Assembly: GCF_964204645.1 (NCBI RefSeq) | Contig: NC_134027.1 | Coordinates: forward strand, 21,848,560-21,912,559 | Source: Tubulanus polymorphus | Taxonomy: Eukaryota; Animalia; Nemertea | Length of the DNA stretch: 64,000 nt | Direction: 5' to 3' | Shown here: in pieces, positions 25,601-37,600 of the stretch | Layout: the number at the start of each line of letters is the position of its first letter | Numbering within the stretch: the first letter of the stretch is position 1 | Position numbers and translations under genes: made by a program | Notes under the pieces: generated by a model | The model's input: only the letters and a program-made list of their open reading frames with translations | What the model was told of the DNA's origin: nothing | The model's database searches: none

Positions 25601-28600
25601 AATGAATCGTAACATGAAGATTTCTCCGATTCACTCGGAGGGAATCCTGTGTAATCACATGGAAAAATCAGGAAAAACTTGGGGGATTCATAATGGGTGG
25701 AAAGTGGCCGTCACCTTGTGTCAGCGCTATTTAAGGCCCATATTAAACATCATCGAATCTAAGGAGTAGATAATCGGGAAATTTCGGCGCCGTTTTCGTG
25801 GAAATCATCAAGCGAGAGGTTTAGCGAGGATTATATGTAGCTGAAAATTCCGCGAGTGACATCGAAGAAGAATTCCCAAATAAGAATACAGATACAGTTG
25901 TCATGGTTACGCGGCGGCACTGACGCCATCGACGTTCGAGTGACGTCATTAATCTCGGACGCCGCGTCGTCTCCTTGGAGATTCGTGATTAGGATTAAAC
26001 TCGTTACTCGAGAGAGGGACTGTTCGCTGCGTGCGTTTCGTATCTCGTATAATCATCCTGCCAGTACGTCACGTATATATGGGTCGCTCTAATTTTCGCA
26101 GATGAAAAATCGCAATTTGTCGCTTTTAACCCTTCCAGTGCGTCTTCACCGCTGTGCGGTGTATGAATCGTTGATGGATTTTGCTAATACACCGCACTGC
26201 GGTGTATTGATGTAAATAGTAATTGGTTTTTATCTCTATTAAAGATGGCAGCGCATGTCAAACATAGTATAATATTAGTAACTTACGATACACCGCACCG
26301 CGGTGTAGATGCAATATAGTGGTATTCCCGTTATTAAACACACTAGGGTGGAATTTTTCAAATGTTTCAAATTATCTCAAGCGCTATAAGGTATTTATTA
26401 GTCAGCACTGAAAGGGTTAAGGCGGTCGCTGCTGGCTACAAATATACTCTAATATACTCACTCGTACTGGTAACAGGTAAAACCCCTCATAATCTTGGTA
26501 AAATGGGTTTTTTATCCGAATTGTTGATGTCCTACCAGTATTAGTGAGCAATTGATATGTAACAAAATAGCCTGAGTATGAGTAGAATATTCACCAATGC
26601 TCAGAGAATGCATCTTGGGGAATAGTTTAATAAAAATATTTCTAGGAGAGGAACCTTGGACACCGCTTTCCGGACACCGCCTTTTTTATAATTTAAGAAT
26701 GCCCCTTTCAAAATCCTGGCTACGGGCTTGCCGCCGGTAAAAATCCACCCTAGGTAAAAATCCCCACAAATTTGATTTCATGGCAAAATTCAATAAAATA
26801 TTTTAATATTCTTACGATAATCTGTGACTTTTGCCGAGCTACGTGCATAAAAATGATATTATTCTGTGACTTGTGGCAAGCAACATGCATATAAAATCAT
26901 ATCGTAATTTTTGGAAATTTCTATAAGTAATTTAGTTTTAAAAGTAATAGTAATATATGTATGTACCCTAAATATTGTTGTAAAAAGCATCATCTCATTT
27001 TCGTTTAGGTTTTATACTAAGGTTTGGTAGAAAACTGAACTTGGGGGGATTTTTCCTGGGGAAATTCTACTGGGGGGGGATTTTTACCAACATTCCGTTG
27101 TACTTCCAGTTCTGTGACCAGTGCCACTATATTCATAGCTGCTTCTTTTTGACGGTTTGATATTCGCACTCTGGCACACTGGGGCACACTGGAATCATGA
27201 CATGGTTCATGAATGGCTGGCGATGTGAACGAGTTCTGTTTCATTCTCAATACTCATTGGTCAATAATAATTTCGAAAAAATTTGAACGAAGGCCATGTA
27301 AAAGCTCCAGTGCCAACCTACGGATTTGTAGCGATACTCGGGGCTGGTACTGTATATCAAGCCAGCAGCTGAGTATTAAATGAATTATTTATTCATATTC
27401 AGTTATTTATTTATTGTAGTGACACGTACATCATATTTGAATATAACCCATAAGCACTCCGGAATTTCTCTACGTAGTGTCTTTTACCGTTCTCAGAAAA
27501 ATCAAGGGGAAAACTCACTATGTTTTCGTATGATAAAACATTCGATGAATTAGGCCACCAAAAATGACCTTTCGGCCCCCTCCCCTCGAAAATATCCGCA
27601 CCTACTTGGCACGGATTACGCCCAAGTCAAACGTGTGATCGCACCTAATTAGCACGTTCACACCTAAACTACTCACTCCATACTAAACAATGCTCAAACA
27701 AAGTGAATTGAGTCACTCCCAGAACCAGTTGCAATTCACCAGCAATGATTTGAATTTGGCTCGGGCCTGGTCCAATGTTTTTGTTCGGGCCTAAGGCGTG
27801 GGCCCATTTGGCACCCATGTGATCAGTTGCCAAATTAAGCCCGGGGCAAAAATGCTTATGTGATCACGGCTTAAAAGTTAGCGCTCAGATCATCATGTTC
27901 ATACTCCAAATACTCAAGAATTTCAAATAGGAAGATGCCGATGTGTCTGTACGGATATTTGGTGTCTAGAACGATAACCACACTCAACGTGGTGAATGGA
28001 TAATTAGATAAAAACCCACTATTGACAGATTAAAAATTTAAAAACAAGAATTTATTTATTCAATCTAAAATAAATATAAGTCACGACGTTTTGATCTCAC
28101 CCTAGAGATCATCGTCAGGTGTGACATATAGACTAAAAACAAGGGTATATATACAAAGGAGAACTGGTTAATTGAGTAAATTGGTGAGTGAGTAAATAAT
28201 TAGTGTTAATTTCTTCAAGGCATGAAGAAGTATACTTAGAAAGAAGGGAATTGTGCGGAGAAAAGCCATTATTCAAATTGGTACTAATATCTGAGTGACG
28301 AGTAATTAGGGCAGACTCAACTATGTGGCGTTTAGTGTAATAAATTCTTGTTTTTTAATTTTTAATCTGTAAATAGTGGGTTTTTATCTTATTCTTATTT
28401 AGTTTTATACTATGCTTATGTACTGTCCACTGAAACCATTTTGTGTAGCAGTTAAAAAAAGAGTTGGGGCAGATTCGAGCGAGTTGAGGAATATAATGGG
28501 CAGCTACAAATGACCACCACCCTTCTCATTATCGATAAATCAAACGATTCAGTTAAATCGTTATCGTTCATCGCAAGCTTCCTCATTCTCAATGAATCAG

Positions 28601-31600
28601 TAAAATTATGATAAGTTACAAATGAAACCCTTCTCATTACCAATGAATTCAATGATTCAGTAAAATTATGCTTACTTGATAGCAGCCTGTTTGTTATCAG
28701 TGAATTTCGATGATTGCGGGACATAAAACCTTCGCTCAGAAACCCTATCAAGTCGAGAGAAAGCGGCAATGTTTTATGACACTCACTTTATTTTGCTGGA
28801 GATGGGTCATTCGAGGTCTCTTTGGTTGAATTTTTTTAATAATTGATTATTATAAGACAATTTCTCGGTAATAACAACATCCGAGCGTAGATTTCTATCT
28901 GTCTTTGGAAATGCTGTATTATCACGCGACAACGGTGTAGTTGTGATGACTTGATAACTTAGAACACAGCCACAATGGATTCTTGGTTCGTTGTATGGAT
29001 TCTCATTATCGTGGCAGTTATTGCCTGAACCCAGCGCTAACAGGTGTCAGAAAAAATGTAAAGCGCAAAACAGGAGATGCCTTTTTTGGCACAGATCAGA
29101 CCCGAGTCAAATTAGCTCAGTGCCTGATTAGAGAGCGCGTTAACGGTCTGGACACGGTCTGGAGTCACTACAGGAACCAGTTAAGCATTCACTCGCTACA
29201 ATTTGACTAGCGCTGAAATTTGGCTCAAGCCTGGTCCAAAGATTTTTTTTTATTCGGCCATTTTTGGCACCCGTTCGAGTGGTTGGTTCAAATGTTCATG
29301 CGATCATGGCAGCTGTAATGAAAAAAAATTAACGAGCAAAAAGTCACATTTTATCTCATATTACGCATTGTTATCGCTTGACATTTCAGCGATCTCCTGC
29401 ACGATGGAAATGTTGCGGCTAAATTAACAGTCTTTCATCAGATACGAACATGACAATTTTATTATAGGTGGGCGGCTGGATGAGTGGGCGGTGGATTATT
29501 CCTGCTGACACGTGCGCTGGATTAATGTACTGATTGCATTCGGATGAAAAATCATTTATTAGTTTAAGCCACCGGAAAAAGGCACGGAAGATGTCATCAG
29601 TGGTACTGTAAACGTCGCATAATTCATGCTTGTGACTAACTCGGACAAAAAGGAAATAATTTTCCGACTTTCCGATGCATTTTCTGATCCTTATCAACAT
29701 TGATCAAACTCTACAGCCATGTTGTGTCAATTTATAGAGAATCCATCACTAATATAATAAGAAAGATGAAGTCCATAAAGTTTGCTTTTAAACTAATAAT
29801 TTATTGATAAGGTAATAGTCGAAACGGCGAGTCAATGAATCGTCAGCTGAAACTTTTGGGACTTCGTCTTTCGTTCTATAAGTGTGGTATCCGCTAAATT
29901 TCTCAGCCTTAACCCTTTCAGTGCTGACTAATTAATACCTATAGCGCTGGAGATAATTTGAACATTTTTAAAAATACCGACCTAGTGTATTGAATAACGG
30001 GAATACCACTATAGTGCGTCTACACCGTGGTGCAGTGTATCGTTAGTTACTTATATTTCACAATGTTTGGCAGGTGCTGCCATCTTTCTATAGACATAAA
30101 AACTAATTACTTCAAACACCGCAGTCCGTTGTACTAGCAAAATCCATCACCGATTTATACTCCGCACTGCAGTGTAGATGCCCTGAAAGGGTTAACTTGG
30201 ACCAATTTTGCTGGTCCTAGTTTGGTCCCAATTTCGCTGGTCCCAGTGAGTTAGGCGGTTTTTACTGTAGTATCAATCTTGCATCTATCTTGTGAGAAGC
30301 GCTTCCCAGGAAACTGAATTCACATCAAAACTGAATTATGTTGGAAACGGCAAATGTCGATGACCAACAACAAAGACAAACAAAAGCTTTCATTTTTTTT
30401 TTTGGATTGAAATGAGACTTTGCTCGGCAAGAGGAACACTTGATTCAAACTAAGAACAAACACTTCAAAAGCAATCCCCATAAGGGGGCTGGGTTCGTAG
30501 GTGATAACTCTGTTGATGAAATTCAGTACCTGTGCATTTTAATGGGAGTTTGATGCCTTGAAGCCTTCAAGATTAAAAAAACCATAACCACTTCAGAAGT
30601 TAGGCCTATTGGGAGCAAGAGGTTCTTTGCCCCTCATTATTAACCTCACTCAGATCTTACATGATAATAAGGTCTAAGTTGAAATGTAATGAAGATACGT
30701 AATTTGATAATGCCTAGTGCGCCCAATAAGAAAAATTTTGAAACATGCTTATGAATTTCATTGTTTTCTCCATCCGATATTGCACGTAGCAAAACAAGAA
30801 ACGTTCCGAAACAAATCTACACCAAATCACGAATCGCCACCTAGATCACATGATATCAAAATGGCCATGATTTTGATGTGTCATGTGATCCGCTCATTGT
30901 TCGTTACTGATCGGTTAATATATATCAGTGTTTCTTGTTTAGCTATGTACATCAGCGCTTGCCACAATCGGAGCAATGTTTCTTGTTCACAAAACTGTGT
31001 TTCGATATGAATGTTGTTTCAAAGCAACGCACTATATAGTCGTGTAACAAGCTCGGAACGCCATTTCTGTTTCATGTTTTCATGCGTTCGGCTTACGCCC
31101 TTTTTTGTTACATCATTTCGACACTAAGCAAGATATTAATGTTACATAAAAACCAGAAAGAAAGAGTTTACACTTTTCATATACGGGTATTAACTCAGCT
31201 TGACAGCTCGGGGCGTCGTTTTTAAGCATGCTGCATGGTATGATATATCTCAGAAATACCATATAACTATTTTATTATTCGCTGATCAATCAAACTATAA
31301 ACTTGATATGTCGAGTCTCGTATCAGTGCCGACCAATCACGGCGTTACCGTCCCGATCCTCAACGACAGCTGAAACCTCGCTCGTTTGCTGCTGTGCGAA
31401 TCCTCGAATTACGATGCTCGTGTGTTCGTCCTATAATCCTTTACTTAGCAAATCAGTCTTAGAACAAATTGAAGAGAGAAACTCATTATTAGGAAGGAAA
31501 ACAATTTCAATTGAATTAGATGAGCTATTTTCGCGAAAGTGATTTCATACGATGCTACAAACAGTTTTAAAAATGGCTCCTAGAATCGAGTGAAAACGTC

Positions 31601-34600
31601 AAAATGCTTGCACGTATTTTCTTTCTAATTGTCGGTTTTTCTTCAATTTAGAATATAGGTAGTCACTCCCCTGTAGATATCGTTAGGAACACTACCTTCG
31701 TAAATGTTTGGTCTTTTGTAATTTGAAATCAGACCTTCTAGCTGGTTTTAAAGACCAAAGGCCAGGAGAGACAGGAGAGACAAGGAGAGACAGTTAAAAG
31801 AAAGTAAAAAATGCTTGGGGTAAATTTGTTGTATAGCCGTGATCACAGGATGATTTGCCACGAATCAGGCTCCGAATTTGGCCCGTACGCGTTCACACGG
31901 AAACCTATCATTTGATACTAAACAAACAATGCTTAAACGAAGTGAGGTGGGTCATTTCTGGTAATAGTTGCAATTCGAACGCAATCATTTGCCCCATGCT
32001 TAAATTTGGCTCGGGCCTGGTCCAACGTTTTTGGTCGGGCCAAATAGGCTTGGGCCAATTTGGCACCCGTGTGAACAACAGTTGTTCCGGGTCAAATTTG
32101 GAACGGGCCCAAAACGCTTGTGTGATCGCGGCTTATGAAACTGGCTGCGTAGTTATTATAGAATGGCGCCTTCGGTTTTTATGCGATGTTTTTTATGTTG
32201 GAACGAATTTCTAATTTCAGGAATCGACACGAGAATTAAGTTCAGTATCGAACCGATCGGGGGAGACGATGCCTTTCAACAATGGAAAGATGCCATGAAA
32301 GCCGTCGCTCGGTTACCGTTGGGAATACCGAATGAATTCCGAAAGAAAGTACGTATATATCCATTAACCCTTTCCGTGCTGACTAATTAATTCCCTATAG
32401 TGCTTGAGAAAATGTGAAAATTTGGGAAAATTCCACCCTAGTGTGTTGAATAACGGGAATACCACTATAATGCGTCTACACCGCGGCGTGGTGTATCATT
32501 AGTTACTTATATTTCACTATGTTTCACTATCTTTCAAGAGAGATAATTACTAATTACTAATTAAATCAATACACCGCAGCGCGGCGTACAAGCAAAATCC
32601 ATCACCGATTTATACACCGCACTGCGGTGTAGATGCACTGAAAGGGTTAAGTAGTTCCGGTGATTGCAATGAATAAAGCTGCCTTTTGATTAGGCCGGGC
32701 TTGATTAAAGCGCAAATTAGCCGTTAATCGTTAGAAGAGCGATTAATTATTCACGGCGTAGATGAAGTCCCATTTCATTGATTTAAAGATTTCAGACACG
32801 ATTTTACTGTACGCAGCACGTAATGTACTTGCACGCAGAGTGCGATATTGAATGAGGATTCAGCGGTGCCAAATAATCCAGGGTTTAACTTTAACAGTCA
32901 AACTTGGTTGAAACTCGTCATCGTGATAGTCGTCCCATCACACGAACACGATTTGGCCCGCACCAAATTGATCCGTGCCTAAGAAGAGAGCGCGTTCACA
33001 CGCAAACCATTCACTTGATACTAAACAATGCTCAAACAAAGCGAAGTGGGTCATTTCTAGTACCAGTTGCAATTCAAACGCAACCATTTGTCTCGTGCTA
33101 AAATTTGGCTTAGGCCTTGTTCGACACTTTTGGTCGAGCCAAATCAGGTTCGGGCCCATTTGGCACCCGTGTGAACATTTGAGCCAATCAGCGACGAGTA
33201 TTAAGTCTTATGACTTTTAGCATTTGGTCACATAATCAATAGCGCTAGACTTTGAAATGATCGTAGTCGACCTGAGTGCTCTTATGACTGTGAGACACGA
33301 ATCGACAATCTGTTGTTCTTACGGCGATCGGATCATAAGTCGACCTGAGCGTGGCTTAAGTCATCATTTTGATGTGCGATAGTTCGACTGTATGTTACTA
33401 TTGCGAATGGACTATTAGACCCAATGCGCACAACAGAGGGAAACACCGAAATAATAGACAGAAACATGTTTCTGAGCATTTCCCCATATCATGTGCTTTT
33501 ACGAGAAACATGGTTTTGGGAAACTGTGTCCCAGAGGTCAGACATGTTTGGTTCTGTATAGATTCCCTGCATCGTGTGCCTATATGAGAAACATGGTTAC
33601 GTGAAACAATGTTTCTGAGATCAACCGCGTTTGTTACTGTATTTCCGTATTTTCATGTTTCCATCTGCGATGTGCAAACTGGGCCCAGGTAGTTTTGCAA
33701 AGCTAGCTGAGTTCAACTAGATTGAGGTCCTTCATCAAGGACTAATGTCTCAGTTTCAACTTGAAATGGTGTCTCACTTACGATGCAACCCCTATCAATG
33801 AAGACTTTTGGGAAATCCCTCAGTACGTTTTAAAATCGATGTTTCAATTCAAGTCCCAATCCATTCCGGTATCAGGTATGTACTACCGAAACTGACTGAG
33901 CTAGGCCACCTAGCTCAGTCTTCTCAAGCAAAGTTCAAATAGACATTAAAATCGTAATCACGTTTTTCACGAAACAAGCAGTCGGTGTTGAGAATTCCTG
34001 AATCTGCTGAAAAAGAAAAATTATGGATGATCATTTTAACGCGCGCATCGATGAATAGTGTTTCTCCTGTAGATCGAGTGGGTGTCGCAGCACTTTTAAC
34101 CGTTGCACACGACGCCATCGGCTATTGATCTTTCCCTCGCTGCGGGTTTCTCGGCTAGAAGTAGACGACGTTTGTAATCATATTTCCGTCACTTTCTGAG
34201 AATCGCGTCGATCGATTGAGTGGCGCGGTCGAGGATAAACATACTATAAGCCTTCGAGGAGAGGGTCGGGGAAATAGACCATACGGAAACGGGCAGAAGA
34301 AACCGGAGAGATCCAAAGGAGGGAACGGATTAAGGTTGAGGAGATCCGAAGGAGGGAACGGATTAAGGTTGAGAGATTTGCGTGACCGCTGAGCGTGTTG
34401 AGTGGTGTAGAAGAGTGGAAACGCCAGGGGAAACGGAAAAGCGAAGCCAAAGAGAAACACAGTGACACAGTATCTTATCATCGGTGCTCTGATGATGTTG
34501 AGGATCACGTTATAGTAATCGTGAATATAGCCGTGATCGTACAAGCGCTTTTAGCCTGGGCCGGATTTGGCCTGTGCCAAATTAGGCCCGGAACCACTGT

Positions 34601-37600
34601 TCACGCTGGTGCCGAAGCCTGTGCCTGTTCGGCCTGAACAACGAAACATTACGATTGAAACTTCATGTTCAGTGTTTATTTAAAAATGAGATTTAGTTAC
34701 GATAGTATTTGCTAAGTTATACAAGGAACATCTCTTGAAGGGATATTATCAGAGGGTTGGACAAAATCGGACATAGGTTTTAACTGAGCAGTTGGTTGGA
34801 TTTATATTGTGGGTTTTCACTCAATGATGTTCGTAGAGACTGGAAATAAGCCGCGATCACAGGGAGACGATTTGGCCCGTATCAGGCCCTAGTCAAATTT
34901 GGCAAACTACCTTCTCGATACTAAACAAAGTTGCAATTCAATCGCAATGATTTGAACTGTGCCCAAATTGGGCTTGGCCCTGGTCTGACGTTTTTGGTCG
35001 TGCCAATCAGGCGCGGACCCAATTGGCACTGTGTGAACAAGGTTCTTCCGGGCAAAAAGTGCTCATTCGATCGCGGCTATGGTGTCAACTATTTACAAAA
35101 TTGAGTGAGAGATTTGCATGTGAACGCGCTCTCTAATTAGGCGCTGGCCAAATTTGAGTAAGGTCTGATCCGGGCCAAATCGTCTCCATGTGAGGTCGCG
35201 ACTATAAACAGAGCTAAATGCCGCGTTGAGGTGACTTAGTACCTGTCAATAGTAATCACGTATACCCCCACTAATTAACGAAATGAATCTCGCCAGAGGA
35301 GATATTTCCTAATAAGGAACGGGAACAAATCAGTGTCATCAAACCATTACGAATAATGAGCTAGGGAAGGGAGTTGGCGGAATGTCGATACCGTATAACT
35401 ATCACTGCGGTGTTAGTTGAAAAGGTGAACGGATATGAAAGTTATATTAAAGCACTAGCTCTTAACAATTACCTTAAAGGGCGTGGGCAATGAAATTGAT
35501 GTGATATACGTATGACCTTAGGTTGTTCATTTAAGATAAACTCTGTTAATGAAGATATAGAATGTATTACATTATAGAGTTCTTTCCGTGAAACCGGACC
35601 ATTTTCCTTACCTTGAACTAAACAATCAATTTTTGTGATCAAAATTGTCTCTAAAAATGCCGGAAAATCAGTAAGATATTCCGAATTCAGAAGTGTCGCC
35701 GTGTTTCGAAATGAATAGATTTCTATCTGCAGTCATTCTTATTTGCATCGTTATGTGTATTCTCTCTCCCGAGAAAAACAAAACCTTAACTCTAACGGAT
35801 GATAAACATAAGAAGCGCATTGACTTCAATTGACGTCAAACTGTCGTCAACCGTTCACAAAAGCAATCATGCAATTTCATCCACGATACAAGTCTGACTA
35901 CTTCCATCCGATAATTCATGTTTCGAGTTCTGATGGGTTCTATTTCGGGATGTCTTTGATAATTCATGTTTCAAGTTCTGATGGGTTCTATTTCGGGACG
36001 TCATTGATAATTCATGTTTCGAATAAAGTTTTGAGTTCTGATGGGTTCTATTTTGGGATGTCTTTGATAATTCATGTTTGAAATAAAGTTTTGAGATCTG
36101 ATGGTATCCATCTTGGGACATGGTTGATAATTCATGTTCCGAAAAAAGTTTCGAGATATGATGGGTTCTATTTCGCGCTATCTTTAATAATTCATGTTTC
36201 GAGATCTGATGGGTTCTATTTTGGGATGTCTTTGATGATCAATGTTCCGAAATAAAGTTTCGAGATCTGATGGTTGTTTCTATTTCGGGACGTTTTGATG
36301 ATTTTGTTGTCGTGTCGCCAGTATCCAGTTTCGCGTCGGTAGAACGCATCGTGTTCAAATCGTAAAATAGACCGGTTATTATCGAATTTCCGATGTACGG
36401 ATGATGTAATATGCGGCGATGAATTTCTGAAAGCGTCTTTTTTTCTGATATAAAATTCTATATCGTTTTCGTTTCAATTGGATCATAAATAATGCAGATC
36501 GTCGGGATATGCCGGGATCGGTCCCATAAGTCCGATAATTGAAATTTCGAAAAAATTTGTTCGAAGAATTTATCGAATTGACGATGTGGATGCTCACTGA
36601 GCTCCAGATTGAACTATGATGCAATAATTCACAAAATCAGGGGGCATAGCCAGGATTATCCAAGGTTCATTTTTTGAGTAAGCAGAACAGCCATGCACTA
36701 CCCGTAAGGTTTCATAGGGTTTAAAAGGTAGACATGGCCTGTATCCTTTACAAAAAAGGCCTGTATTTTGGGGCTCAAATACAGTCGAAATCCTGAATTT
36801 TTCCGGGAGAGGGGGTTTACATTGTTCACGTGATTTAGGGCCAGTTACGTGCTCCTGCCTTAAAAATCCGGTGCAAGTACTAAATAAATGCTTCTTAGTA
36901 ATCACTACTGTTGAGGCAAATCGATCCTAGAAATATCTCATTATGAAGTGAAATTCGAATTCAACCCTTTCAGATTAAAGCCACATTCACACTTACGTTA
37001 GTTAAACCATTTTAACCTATAACTATTTACATATTCCTTAAGCCGAGGGCACACTGTAAGAAAATCAAAACAAAAAACAGTTCAGTTTTGTACACAGACT
37101 ATTCCCCAGTGTGTACACTTGAGCGTTTTTCGATAACACAAGCGATTTTTGGTCCGAGCCAAATTTGGCATGAAACGACTGTTTACACGGGTGCCAAATG
37201 GGCGCGCGCCAAAAATGTCGAACCAGGCCTGAGCTTAATTTTACTACGGGACAAATGATTGTGTTTGAATTGTTACTGGTTTCGGAAACTGCTCTGCACT
37301 TGGCTTTGTTTAAAGCATAGCATAGTATAGAGTGAGTGGTTTGCGTGTGAACGCACTCTCTAATTAGGCACCGGCTAATTTGACTTGGACCTGATCCGTG
37401 TCGTGAAGTTGTGTTCAATTCTGCGTACAAGTTTGAGTGGGACCAGTTTCACTAAAAGTATCAAATCTTAAATCGATTTAATTCAGACTTCATGTTTACT
37501 CATTCTCAAAACTATCCTTATTGATATGCCCAGCCCTGTGTTGTTTCGTTAAATCTATGTATTCAATCTTAATTGAAATTGATAAAATGTTTTGAACTCC

